Source: Squalus acanthias (lineage: Eukaryota). Taken from it: DNA of 64,000 nucleotides. The translations under genes were made by a program, and so were the position numbers. Each line of letters begins with the position of its first letter. Positions within the stretch are counted from its first letter, which is position 1. Location: NCBI GenBank assembly GCA_030390025.1, contig CM059432.1, positions 53,446,001-53,510,000 of the forward strand, read 5' to 3'. Under the pieces are notes generated by a model. That model did not search any database. It had not been told where the DNA came from and saw only the letters and a program-made list of their open reading frames with translations. Shown piece by piece: positions 48,125-60,648 of this stretch.

Positions 48125-48810
48125 TTGGTCTTCCCAATATTTAATTGGAGAAAATTTCTGCTCATCCAGTACTGTATGTCGGCCAAGCAGTCTGACAATT
48201 TCGAGACTGTGGAGGGGTCGAGGGAAGATGTAGTGAGGTAGAGCTGGGTGTCGTCAGTGTACATGTGGAAACTGACGCTGTGTTTTTGGTTGATGTCACC
48301 AAGGGGCAACATGTAGTTGAGAAATAGGAGGGGGTCAAGGATAGATCCTTAGGTGACACCAGAGGTAACGATGTGGGAGTGGGAAGAGAAGCTGTTGCAG
48401 GTGATTCTCTGGCTACGATTAAATAGATAAGAATGCAACCAGGCGAGTGCAGTCCCACCCAGCTGGACGACGGTGGAGAGGCGTTGGAGAAGGATGGAGT
48501 GATCAACCGTGTCAAAGGCTGCAGACAAGTCAAGAAGGACGAGGAGGGATAGTTTACCTTTGTCACAGTCACAAAGGATGTCATTTGTGACTTTGATGAG
48601 ATCTGTTTCGGTACTGTGGCAAGGGCGGAAACCTGATTGGAGGGATTCAAACAGGAAAGATGGGCACAGATTTTGGAGACGACAACACGTTCAAGAACTT
48701 TGGAGAGGAAAGGGAGGTTGGAGATGGAACGGTAGTTTGCAAGGATAGAGGGGTCAAGGGTTGTTTTTTTGAGGGGTGATGACGGCAGATTTGAGGGAGA
48801 GGGGGACAGT

Positions 48811-50373
48811 CTTCTTAGGCAGTCCTTCGGAACCGAGGATGACTTGCTTCCACATTAAAAATGAGTTCTCAGGTGACTGATGAGCCCAATGCGGGACCTA
48901 CAGGCTCTGTCACAGGTGGGGCAGACGGTGGTTGAAGGGGCGGGTGGGTGGGGTGCTTGGGTTGACGTGCGCTTCCTCCGCTGTTTGCGCTTGGCTTCTG
49001 CTTGCTCCCGGCGAAGAGACTCGAGGTATTCAGCGCCTTCCCGGATGCTTCTCCTCCACTTTGTGCGGTCTTGGGCCAGGGATTCCCAGGTCTCGGTGGG
49101 GATGTTGCACTTTTTCAAGGAGTCTTTGAGGGTGTCCTTGAAGCGTTTCCTCTGCCATCCTGGGGCTCTCTTGCCGTGTCGGAGGTCCGAGTAGAGCGCT
49201 TGTTCTGCGAGTCTTATATCGGGCATGCGGACGATGTGGCCCATCCATCGGAGCTGATCGAGCGTGGTCAAAGCTTCGATGCTGGGGATGTTGGCCTGAG
49301 CGAGATCACTGATGTTGGTGCGCCTATCTTGCCAATGGATTTGCAGGATCTTGCGGAGGCAGCATTGGTGGTACCTCTCCAGTGCTTTGAGGTGCCTGTT
49401 GTACTTGGTCCATGTCTCTGAGGCATACAGGAGGGCGGGTTTCACTACTGCTCTGTAGACCATGAGCTTGGTGCTGGGTTTGAGGTCCTGGTCTTCAAAC
49501 ATTCTCTTCCTCAGGTGACCGAAGGCTGCACTGGCAAACTGGAGGAGGTGTTGGACTTCGTCATCAACATCTGCCCTTGTTGACAGTAGGCTTCCGAGGT
49601 ATGGAAAGTGGTCCACGTTGTCCAAGGCCTTGTCGTGGATTTTGATAATCGGGGGGCAGTGCTGTGTGGCGGGGGCAGGTTGGTAGAGGACCTTTGTCTT
49701 ACGGATGTTTAGTGTAAGGCCCATGCTCTCGTACGCTTCGGTGAAGGTGTTGACGATGGTTTGGATTTCGACCTCCGAGTGTGCGCAGACGCAAGCATCG
49801 TCTGCATACTGTAATTCGACGACAGAGGATGGGACGACCTTGGATCTGGACTGGAAGCGACGGAGGTTGAACAGTTTCCCGTTTGTTCTGTAAATTAGCT
49901 CCACTCCAGTGGGGAGCTTACTGAGGGTGAGATGGAGCATTGCAGCAAGGAAGATCGAAAAGAGCGTTGGTGCGATGACACAGCCTTGCGTGAATTGGGT
50001 CTGTGGTGGAACTGTTGGTCAGGATCATGGCTTGCATGTTGTCGTGAAGCAGGCGGAGGATGGTGACAAACTTTTGAGGGCAGCTGAATTTGCGGAGGAC
50101 ACTCCATAATCCCTCACGGTTGACAGTGTCGAAGGCCTTTGTGAGATCAAAGAAGGCCATGTACAGCGGTTGGTGCTGTTCCCTGCATTTCTCTTGTAAT
50201 TGACGCGCAATGAAGATCATGCCCATTGTGCCCCTTAGTGGGCGGAATCCGCATTGCGACTCTGCGAGGAGCTCTTCAGCCACTGGGAGAAGGCGACTGA
50301 GGAGGATTCTTGCGATGACTTTCGATGTGGTAGACAGCAGGGAAACTCCTCTGTAATTACCGCAATTGGACTT
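48811..50373 (-). mobile_element. 5'-truncated RTE-clade LINE inserted in L2
   Basis: ESQCGFRP, FFDLTKAFDTV, LQYADD, QLRWMGH and a C-terminal C2H2 motif (CPTC...HLRTH); L2 sequence resumes on both sides. Confidence 0.9.
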
Positions 50374-52075
50374 GTACCTGAGGAGAGAGAATCGTTAACA
50401 ATGTCAGCTAACATGGGAGCCAGAAGAGGAAGTTGGGTGGTCAGTAGTTTGGTGGGAATAGGGTCGAGGGAGCAGGAGGTGGGTCTCATGGACAAGATGA
50501 GCGTGGAGAAGTCATGAGGGGAGATCGGAGAGAAACTGGAGAAAGATGTGAGTTCAGGGCTAGGGCAGGGGGGAACCTTGGAGGAAGTTTGGCCCGGTGG
50601 GCTAGGGGTAGGAAGGGAAGTGGCAGAGTGAATGGATGATCTCAATCTTAGAGACAAAGAAGTCCATGAGCTCCTCACACTTGTTATTGGAGGTGAGGGT
50701 GGCGGAGACAGGGGAGAGGGGTTTAAGAAGATGCTTAGCAGTAGAGAATAGGAGCCGGGGTTTATCTATGCATTCCAGAATGATTCTGGAATAGTGAGCA
50801 CTTTATGTGGTCCAGCCCTCTCTGGCGGTGAATGGCTAAAGCAGTTAAAAAGTGGTAGGATGCTGTAAGACCTGCCTAAGCAAGTTAGCAAAGCCAGTAA
50901 TCTGATAGAGAAGTTTTAGGTTGCTAATTAAAGAGGCATTAATTTGTGATAGTTTGTCCAGCTATTTGTGGCTACAGGGAGGATGCTAGAGCAAGATGCA
51001 TGCAACGTTTTAAAACTTTTGATCAATTTTTCTTCACAAAAAGTATTTTGGAGGTGATAAAGGATTTTAAAACTAAGTGAATTCACACAGGTTTAAAAGA
51101 AAGGCCACAGGCTGCAGGCATTGGAAATTGTGTATTAAAGATGTGCCATGCTGACCATGGGCATTAATAAATTTGTCATCTCAGCTCTGGTGGCCAAACG
51201 AGTATCCACACCAGTTGTGGAGATGGTAAGAGGCGTCTGCAGAGGCTATAGCTCTGGGAGAGCAGGTAGTCAATTTGGTTTACAGGCCTGAGGAAAGTGT
51301 CAGGGACGCCAACCCTCTGCTTTTAGGTGTCAGAATTAACAGAGAAAAGGGATAAAGGAGCACAGGAGAAAAAAGGTTTTTGAACAAGAGTCTGTGGCAC
51401 ATAGACCTAAGCCTTGAGCTGGGTGCTAAAAATGTGGGTCAGTGTTGCAGTTAGAAGTAGCGTGAAAGAAAAGTAATAACAAAAACTGGTCAGCCCACAG
51501 AAGGGACAGGGCACTTAGCTTTATTATTTTTTCCCATGTTTCAAGAAGAGAAGTGAGATTGAGTTAAGTAAATAAAATTTGCTTTACTGTTGTTCTGTAC
51601 ATTCACTCGCTGTCTGTGAAATAAAACAGCTTAACTATTCGTATATGGCTTCATCTCAGCAAATGTTTTAGTCTGCCTTCGAAAAGACTGATGAAGCACA
51701 TGTGAGGGCATATGCGAAAGACATCACAAGGGGGTCCTATTCTTACATTCCTGGGTTACGCAATTGTATAGTTAGATATTAGGAAGTATGGACATACATT
51801 TAAACGTAAGCCGCTCAGATCACTTATGGGAGTGACCAGCAAGCCATTGTATTTGGGAAAGTGTCTAAGGCAGACCCAAAAATTGCAACAGTACAAAATG
51901 GGTATGTCCTTTGGGATACCCTTTTGATGTGTTATATGGAGAAGGAGGAAGATGAGCAGGAAGTTCAACACCAGAAGAGCAGACAACACCAGAAGTGGAG
52001 GATGCTGACTTGGAGGTATCCTGCTGAGCGGGTTTGTAGACCAAGGCAGAGGTTCCTGGACTCTCAGAGAAGTAT

Positions 52076-52809
52076 TGGCCCAGAAATTTGACTCGGAGGC
52101 TTGCCGCGGGGGTAAAGATCGCGCGCGATATCACCTACCGCGCCTGCCGTTCTTGTTTGCCCCCGCAGGAACTTCGGGTCCTGGGCCTCTCCCTAGTGCC
52201 GGCGCGCAGTGTGTGCGTGTCCCAGGGGTGCAGTTAGTGCGATGCGACCCCTGGGATCACGTGGGCCATGGAGAGCCAATGGCAGCAGACCATCTTTCAT
52301 TCATAGATTTGACAGGAGACCTGTCAAATCTGTGAATTGAAAGAGGCCCCAAAAGAACAGCTAAACCTCAAATAAATTTAAAAAAAACCCATCACATTAA
52401 TAAAATAACTATAGTTAAATAAATTAACCACTTTAAACAAAAATTTAATTTTTTAAAAAAAATAAACTTTCTTTAAAGTCTCTAAAAAAGATAAACCTGT
52501 TAAAAAAAATTAAAAATTATACTTGATTAACTACTTACCTTGTTCAAAAGGGGTCTTACGCCTCCTTTTTACTTGTGTAGAATCTTCCATACTTACCCTT
52601 GCGTTGAAACCTGAAAAAAAACCTAAGTGTGCTGCGTGTGCGCAGCCTCTAGTGCGCACGCGGTTCACCTAGGAACCGCCCCCTTCGCCATACCGGAAGT
52701 GCCGGTTTCCCGCGCATGCGCAGTGCATGCAGGAAACCGGCACTTCGGGAACGAATACGGGTGAGTACGCACTGAGTACTCACCCGTTCTCGGCCAAATT
52801 TTTGGGCCA
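52076..52809 (-). mobile_element. ~770-bp MITE family, copy 3 (inverted)
   Basis: Reverse complement of copies 1 and 2; TGGCCCAGAAATTT / AAATTTTTGGGCCA ends. Confidence 0.85.
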
Positions 52810-53384
52810 ATACTTAAGGAGGCACTGATTTAGCAGGGAGTTAGTATGACAGCTCTGTCACCTGCTGGAAGAGGACATGTAGTCATGCTCCCAAGCTCTT
52901 TCAGGGTCAGTTAAAATAATAACGGTACTCAACTTTTTTGCCACTGGAGGTTTTCAGGGGGCCACAGTGACATTGATGCCCTGTTTGACAGGTAGAATGG
53001 CTGTAGCTTTTCAAGGATCCTAGGGAGCATCAAACACATGCTCCTGATTTTTGCCATCTTGCGGATTTGCCCTAGGTGCAGGGTGTAATTGACAATACCC
53101 AGAGACTGATAGCTGGGGAAATGGAGCCTTCTGGAGAGAGAATACCACCATCCACAGTCTGTTCTAACATTTTTCATCTCTTGGCCTCTCTGCTACTCTA
53201 CTTTGTCAGACCCCGTCACAGGATTGATAGAGCACATGGCAGATTCTCTCTTCTTTGAGCAACCTCTTCTGTGAGCTTGTCCATGGAGGCTGTCAAACTC
53301 CATTTCAGCATTCTGAACATTGATGAGAAAACCTAAGACTGGCTACAAGGCCTCCGCTGTAAGGGATTGCACAGCCAATGGCCC

Positions 53385-54549
53385 TGGAGATTGGTGAGCA
53401 AAGTTAAAGCACATGAGATTGGGGGTAATGTGTTGACGTGGATTGAGAACTGGTTGGCACACAGGAAACAAAGAGTAGGAGTAAATGGGTACTTTTCAGA
53501 ATGGCAGGCAGTGACCAGCGGGGTACCGCAGGGTTCGGTGCTGGGACCCCAGCTGTTTACATTATATATTAATGATTTGGACGAAGGGATTAAATGTAAT
53601 ATCTCCAAATTTGCGGATGACACTAAATTGGGAGGCAGTGTGAACAATGAGGAGGATGCTAGGAGGCTACAGAGTGACTTGGACAGGTTGGGTGAATGGG
53701 CAAATCTATGGCAGATGAAGTACAATGTGGATAAATGTGAGGTTATCCACTTTGGTGGTAAAAATAGAGAGGCGGACTATTACCTGAATGGTGGCAGATT
53801 AGGGAAAGGGGAGGTGCAACGAGACCTGGGCGTCATGGTACATCAGTCACTGAAGGTGGGAATGCAAGTGCAGCAGGCAGTCAAGAAAGCAAACGGAATG
53901 ATGGCCTTCATAGCAAGGGGATTTGAGTACTGGAGTAGGGAGGTGATGCTGCAGTTGTACAGGGCCTTGGTGAGGCCACACCTGGAGTATTGTGCGCAGT
54001 TTTGGTCTCCTAACTTAAGGAAGGACATTCTTGCTATTGAGGGAGTGCAGCGAAGGTTCACTAGATTGATTCCTGGGATGGCCGGACTGACATATCAAGA
54101 AAGATTGGGTCAACTGAACTTGTATCCTCTGGAGTTCAGAAGAATGAGGGGGGATCTTATAGAGACATTTAAAATCCTGACTGGTTTAGACAAATTAGAT
54201 GCGGGCAGAATGTTCCCAATGTTAGGGAAAACTAGAACCAGGGGTCACAGTCTAAGGATTAAGGGGAAGCCATTTAAGACTGAGCTGAGGAGGAACTTCT
54301 TCACCCAGAGAGTGGTGAATCTATGGAATTCTCTTCCACAGAAGGTTGTTGAGGCCAGTTCGCTAAATATATTCAAAAGGGAGTTAGATATAACACTCAC
54401 AACTAGGGGGATCAAGGGGTATGGCGAGAAAGCAGGAATGGGGTACTGAGGTAGCATGTTCAGCCATGAACGCATTGAATGGCGGTGCAGGCTCGAAGGA
54501 CCGAATGGTCTACTCCTGTACCTATTTTCTATGTTTCTATGTTTCTATG
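53385..54549 (+). mobile_element. 5'-truncated young CR1 LINE with an open ORF2 C-terminus
   Basis: ORF 53367-54449 (GVPQGSVLGP, KFADDTK) and a (TTTCTATG)n tail. Confidence 0.92.
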
Positions 54550-57215
54550 GAGCTGCCACTCACTCTAAGGATATCTGCATGCTTTCTATGCCATGTCACC
54601 AGCACCTCACGATGTGGACTCCTCCTCTACATTTGTCACCATGGTGCAGAATCTGCTGGGCACATCATACAATGACTGCGACAGTCTATCATGCTCTGAA
54701 AGCATTCTTTTGAATGCTGGGCCATTTAGATTTGGGTCCACTGCCTCCTCTTCTTCTACCTCCTGTCCTTCCTGTTTCTGCTCTCCCATGGTCAGTGATT
54801 TCACCTCAGTGGTCCCCCTATACTCTCAATCTATATCCCACTGAGTGGATGAAATTGGACTGATGCATGCCAAGTCTTGTGATGGCATACCTGATAAGGT
54901 GCTTCTTGTAGGTTCCATGGAGGATGTGATCTCTGATTTATCTGCCATTTCTGTGCATACATATAAAGGGACAATCATTAATAGTTAAGTGAATGTGTAC
55001 TCCTGGCTTCATGTCACTGTCATCATCACAGGAAGGTCCCGAAAGTTGAGATTTTGAAACACGTTGACCGGAATAGAGAGGGAGGAAAGGAATAGAGCAA
55101 TGAACTGTCAGTGGGAACATACCCACCTGCTTCACAACCACTTGCCACCTCTCTCAAACAGTGTCACTTCCTGAAATGTAACAAATCCTGCTCCAATAGC
55201 TGTGGCCTGAATTCTGTTAAATGCCTCCTTCTCCTGCAGAGATTTATCAGACACCCATGATTTCTGCAGCATCATGACCCCTACAAAATTAGCAGTGCAT
55301 TTCCCCTTTCCATTCCAAAGTAGTTGGATTTACTGTGAAGATGCTGTGTTAGGTGCTGCAAATGTCACATTGCTCACCCAGGCTCAGGCGTCCCTGTTCC
55401 CTCTGCAGATTCTCCCACAGCCCCAAGTTGCTCAAACCATCTTAAGCAGCCATAGGTCTTCAAGACCTACAGGAGCCCATCAATGTCTTGTGTCTACATG
55501 ACTACTAACCAAAGGATGCTTTAGTGCTCACTCGTGTACTATCCACAACAAGCAAATTAGCCCTAAGAGGAAATTAGGATGTAGAAAAATGACTTCAGGT
55601 TCAGCGCTTTTCCAGTGTGCTGCCCATGGACCCCAGAAAAATTAGTCTTTCATTCTTTAGGGTTGATGGGCATTCCACCTCTCCTCCCGAATAATGCCCC
55701 AGAAAATTCTGATTTTTGATATTTCATTTGGTGCATTTTCTGACATTTTATGGACTGTGATTCTGCCTTTCAATTCCTGGAAGGGTTACAAGTACTTTAA
55801 AAATTAGAATGATAGTGCTTGGAAAGATTTCAATTCAACTTTAACAGGGTCCAGTTCCTTTCTTTGGGAATCTAATGCAAACTATGAACTGAAGCTTTTT
55901 ACACCAGCACCCCCTTCAACAATTCCAATCAGCAGTGCATTCTACACTCACAAGACAAAACTGGCTATCACATCTACCCCTGTCCCAGACCCCGTGGCAG
56001 TCCAGAGACAGGTGGGGCCCTACCCGGATCTCTGATTTAAACAAACAGCTTTTATTTTAAAGTAGCTTTAGGGGTGATAAAGGTGAATCAATAAATATCA
56101 TTGAAGCAAAATCTTAGAACTGAGTTCCGATAAAGATTCACACTCAAATATTTGCTTGTCTTAGATGTTGATCAAATGCAATGCATTTCAAATACTTTCT
56201 GATTTTAAAACCAAAATAGACAGGAGGCTGGAATTTAGTGCTAACGGTAAGAGCAAGTACTAAACGTATTTGTAGGACATACTGCTATTTTAATAACAGA
56301 GCGTTTCATGATTCACTATTCAAAATAAATGGCCAATCTGATTGGTTCTGACAACCTCCAGCATTGCCCTCCAACTGATCTGGTTGGTTAACTACTACCA
56401 ATCCCAGTGAAAGCCACTTTGATGAAGTATGAAGTAGGAATAAGGTATAAGGTTGAGTACAGCTGTGGAATCATACTCCAGTATTATTCACTCTCTTCAG
56501 CTGAAAAACAACAATACCTTGCACTTGTATAGCACTCCTCACATGGAGAACAAATTTTTAGAACATCAAACAGGAGAGAAAAGAGAACAACAGGGTTTGG
56601 CACGGTCAAAGAAAAGGGCTTTAATAGAGGCTTTTCAAAGCAGGGTGGAAGGTGACAAGGCAATGAGATTTTGGAAGAGAGTTCCAGAGGACAGAGACAT
56701 AGGCCTGCGATTTTATCGGCACTGAGAGGGCGGGTTTGGAGGCGGGTCAAGGGTCAAAATCGTTTTGATTGACGGCGGGTTGCGATCCCGCAGGCAACAC
56801 GCCTCCACACCACCCGATCGGTCCCGCCACCAAGCGGTGGGAGAGGTTCTTGAGGCAGTTAACAGCTTGTTAACTGCCTGGATAAGCTTATTTTAACAGA
56901 GATTTCCGATTTTATAACATTTTCTGCATGTTCCAGGCCGTTCCCAAACCATGTCAGCTGATTGTGCCGGGTTCAGCAAGTGCCTGCCTTCTTGACAGCT
57001 GCAGCTCCAGCATAAAAACAGAGCTCTAACATGGCTGACTTACAGATGACAGAATTTTGTTTTTGCAGGTCTTGGAAAACTTTTTGCAGGTCTACTGATC
57101 TTGTAAGTGATGAAGCTGAGATCCATCTCCACTGTGACCTCCTGGGAAAACCCTCTCCCCACATTGACTGAGCGCTTATAACTTCTATTCCTCAACTGAC
57201 ATAGCTACCAGCAGC

Positions 57216-58409
57216 ATGGGAACCATTTATACCCTGTCATCCTGGTCCTTAGATTCGGAGGAAGAGCAGCAGAACCAGGCACAACAGCAGCACCAACAAC
57301 AGGAGCGCCAACCTCCTCCTCACCCACCTGATGCTGCACAGGGCAGAGGGCGTCAGCACAGGGCTGCACCTCGCTGCAGGAGATACCCCCAACACAGGGT
57401 TTACAGGCCGAGGATGAGCATCCTCAACATGACTGAGCAGCAGTGCCAAAGGAGGCTGAGACTTTCGCAAGAGGTAGTCGCTGACATCTGCGCAATGCTG
57501 CACCAACACCTGGAGCCCAGAGGAGCGGGTGGACACCCCTTACCAGTGGCTGTCAAAGTCATCACCGCCCTCAATTTTTTTGCTTCAGGGTCCTTCCAGG
57601 GATCATCAGCAGACATCAGCAGCATCTCCCAGTCGGCCGCACACACTTGCAATATGCAGGTTACCGATGCCCTCTTTGCAAAGGCGCACAATTGCATTCA
57701 CTTCTCCACAGATGAGGCAAGTGTAACCGCGCGTGTGGTTGGCTTTGCAAATATGGCAGGCTTGCCAAGGGTGCAGGGCGTCGTAGACTGCACACATGTG
57801 CCCATTAGGGCACCCCATCACAACCCAGCTGTATTTGTCAACCGCAAGGGCTTCCACTCCCTTAATGTCCAGCTGGTGTGTAACCACAGGAAGATTATCA
57901 TGCATGTTTGCGCCAAGTACCCTGGCAGTTGCCATGACTCTTTCATCCTGCGGCAGTCCACTGTGCCTCCGCTCTTCAATCCGCCAACCCAACTTTCCGG
58001 ATGGCTACTTGGAGACAAGGGCTATCCCCTGAAGGCGTGGCTGATGACGCCATTGAGGAGCCCATCGAACGAAGCAGAGGAGCGCTACAATGCGAGCCAC
58101 ATTTCCACCAGAGCCATCATCGAGCAAACCATCGGCTTGCTCAAAATGCGATTCAGATGCCTTGACAGATCAGGTGGAGCCCTACAGTACTCAGCAGCCA
58201 GTGTCTCCAGAATCATCGTGGTCTGCTGTGCACTGCACAACATGGCACAGCATCATGGCTTGCAGCTGCCTGAGGAACAAGTGGCTCAGTGCATAGCCTC
58301 CTCAGATGATGAGGAGGATGAGGAGGAGGATCAGCCAGCTCCAGCAGCACGCGAGCACATTGCTGCTCGTGATGCAAGGGATGCACTAATCTTTGCCAGA
58401 TTCGCTTAG
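57216..58409 (+). CDS. Harbinger DDE transposase, intact (397 aa)
   Basis: [15 protein letters not shown] and IIEQTIG give an intact catalytic triad. Confidence 0.92.
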   Translation: MGTIYTLSSWSLDSEEEQQNQAQQQHQQQERQPPPHPPDAAQGRGRQHRAAPRCRRYPQHRVYRPRMSILNMTEQQCQRRLRLSQEVVADICAMLHQHLEPRGAGGHPLPVAVKVITALNFFASGSFQGSSADISSISQSAAHTCNMQVTDALFAKAHNCIHFSTDEASVTARVVGFANMAGLPRVQGVVDCTHVPIRAPHHNPAVFVNRKGFHSLNVQLVCNHRKIIMHVCAKYPGSCHDSFILRQSTVPPLFNPPTQLSGWLLGDKGYPLKAWLMTPLRSPSNEAEERYNASHISTRAIIEQTIGLLKMRFRCLDRSGGALQYSAASVSRIIVVCCALHNMAQHHGLQLPEEQVAQCIASSDDEEDEEEDQPAPAAREHIAARDARDALIFARFA

Positions 58410-58685
58410 GTAGACGAATCAAACACATGTGGCTGGCACCTTCTTATCACACCATACACAATGTACAAGAACCTGTGGGTTCCTATCACTCTCACCACCA
58501 TCATTACAAATGCAAGTCACCCTGAGCCCTCAATGTGCAACTTCCATTTCCCAGAACACAGAGGCCAGACCTTCAACTGTTTGCCATCACTTTTGTTTTA
58601 AACATGCACCAAAAGGATGCCAATGCCAAATATTAAACACAACAAAAGACAACAGAACAGAACACCCAAGTGACTACCCTTGAGA

Positions 58686-60648
58686 CTAATTGTGCTTTAT
58701 CGTCCTTTTACATGTGCTTCTACGTGGTGCTTCCCCTGTGGCTTCAGCAGATGTGGAGGCACCTTGCTCACTTTCATGCTGCTCCTGCTTTGACACCTTT
58801 GGCAGGCGTCCTTTGGGTTTGCAAGCCTGTGAGGGCTCGGCAACAGTTTGCTCCTCCTGCGGCTGTCCAGGGGCTGTGTCGCCCATCTCAGTTGGATGAG
58901 GACTCTGGTGGGGCTCTGACTGAGGGCTACGCAGTGGCATGGGAGTGTGAGCGCTTAGAGAGGAGCCCCCACTTCCTTGTTGCCTGCCACCAACATCCCT
59001 CTCATGGGTCAGCCCCACTTCAGTTCCAGCAAATGGCTGGACAGCACCTTGCTGCACATCAGGGGGGCCATGAGGACCCGTATCTGCACTGGCAGTCCTC
59101 CTCAAAAGGACTTCCATGAAGCTCTGGTTTCTCTGCATAATAGCTGCCCATCGCTCCTCCAGAGATGTCAATCTATTCTGAACATTCACCATGTTTTCCA
59201 GACTCTGGCAACTTATTTCCTCCATGACCGTAGCCATCCTTTCCTCTACCGTAGCCATCCTTTCAACGGAGGTAGCCATCCTTTCCACGGAGGTAGCCAT
59301 CCTTTCCATGGTGGTGCGTTCATGCGCCATTGCCTCCACAAAGGCACTGCTCATGTTAGACATGGACTCCTCCATCTTCTCCACACTCGCAGTAACTTTG
59401 GATGCAAAATCTGCCAGAGACTCCTGCACTTGTTCCTGGAGTTCCAGCACCGCTCTCTTTCTGGATGGCCCCAGAGGCACAGGGCCCACATGCAGCTGAG
59501 CAGAGCTGGGAGCGCCTTGTGGCCTCCGACAAGGACTCTCCACTGCTGTCCCTGTCTCCACCATCTTCTGATGCTCACTTGTGAGCTGTGATACACCAGG
59601 TGACAACACTACTCTATCTCGCGAAGGTCCCACCGAGGTGTACGTATCTGCGCTGGTGCTGCGTGCGCTTAATTCTGCTGACGCTGCATCCTCAGAGGTT
59701 GCAGCTTCCTCTGAGGAGTCTTCAGGCTCTTCCTCCTGGACAGTAGGGAGGGGGGCTCTCGATGGTCCTGTGGGGGAGTAAAGGAAAGAGTTAGACATGT
59801 GATAATAACGTAGCATGCACATCGAATTGTGCAGATGATTATAAGTCAATCTGTATGAGCATCAGATGCCGTATCAGTCACTCATGCAATGTAAATGAGA
59901 GAGATGCAAATCTATTCTGTCACCAGCTTGCTCTGCTGCACCCGTCTGACCATCCCCCACTTTCGAGGGCAGCCTCCTCAGCGTTGGTCAAATGGGCAAT
60001 TGAAGGTGGCCCTCCTCCTGCCCTCCTGTCCTAGCCCTCTCCCTCTTTTTGTGGGCTTTCTTTTCCTGCAATGAGGGACACAAGTGGAGTTTGAGCGAGA
60101 ATGCTGGATTCAGTGTAGAGAATCCATAGCATAGATGCTTAGAAGGAAACAAAGATGGAGTGAGGTGCCAATACCAAGGGCCCTCCCTGTGCATTGTTAG
60201 TCGTTGTCATTGCATAACAGTGATAGCGAGTGTGAGGGCAGCATAGTCGAATAGTGAAGTGATTGTGTACATAGAGAGAGAGGGATGGTTAAGGGTGCAA
60301 TAGATGTAAGGGTAAAGTGGGATATGCAGGAGTAGGTTGACAAGGCAGAGTGCTGCTGATGAGAGGAGATGGGGAGCAGATTGAGGGTAAGTGTGATGTT
60401 ATACTCACTTTTCCTGAGCATACCAGGTCATTAAACCTTTTCCTGCACTGGACCCAGGAGCGAGAACACAAAGACCTGGAGCTGACCTCCTCAGCAATTT
60501 GCAGCCAGGCTGCTTTGCTTTGCTGAGGAGGCTTCCTCTGTCCAGAGGATGGGAATAATACCTTCTTGCGCCCTCTTACTCCATCCACAAGAGCATGGAG
60601 GGAGTCATCATCAAAGCGGGGCGAGGCCTTGGCTCTTGAAGCAGTCAT
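58686..60648 (-). pseudogene. Harbinger Myb/SANT(MADF)-like partner gene, exons 60648-60409, 60065-59924, 59767-58686
   Basis: PRF...WLQIA...WVQCRKRFNDL motif and GT-AG junctions. Compared with the 24916 copy, exon 2 has compensating indels with an intervening stop. Confidence 0.75.

Larger units (their letters stand above)
46695..50800 (-). mobile_element. L2 LINE ORF2 remnant, interrupted by a non-autonomous Harbinger and an RTE
   Basis: ETLIHAFVTSRLDY...LHWLPV, HMYTDDTQLY and CSLDPIPTKLL. Confidence 0.85.
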
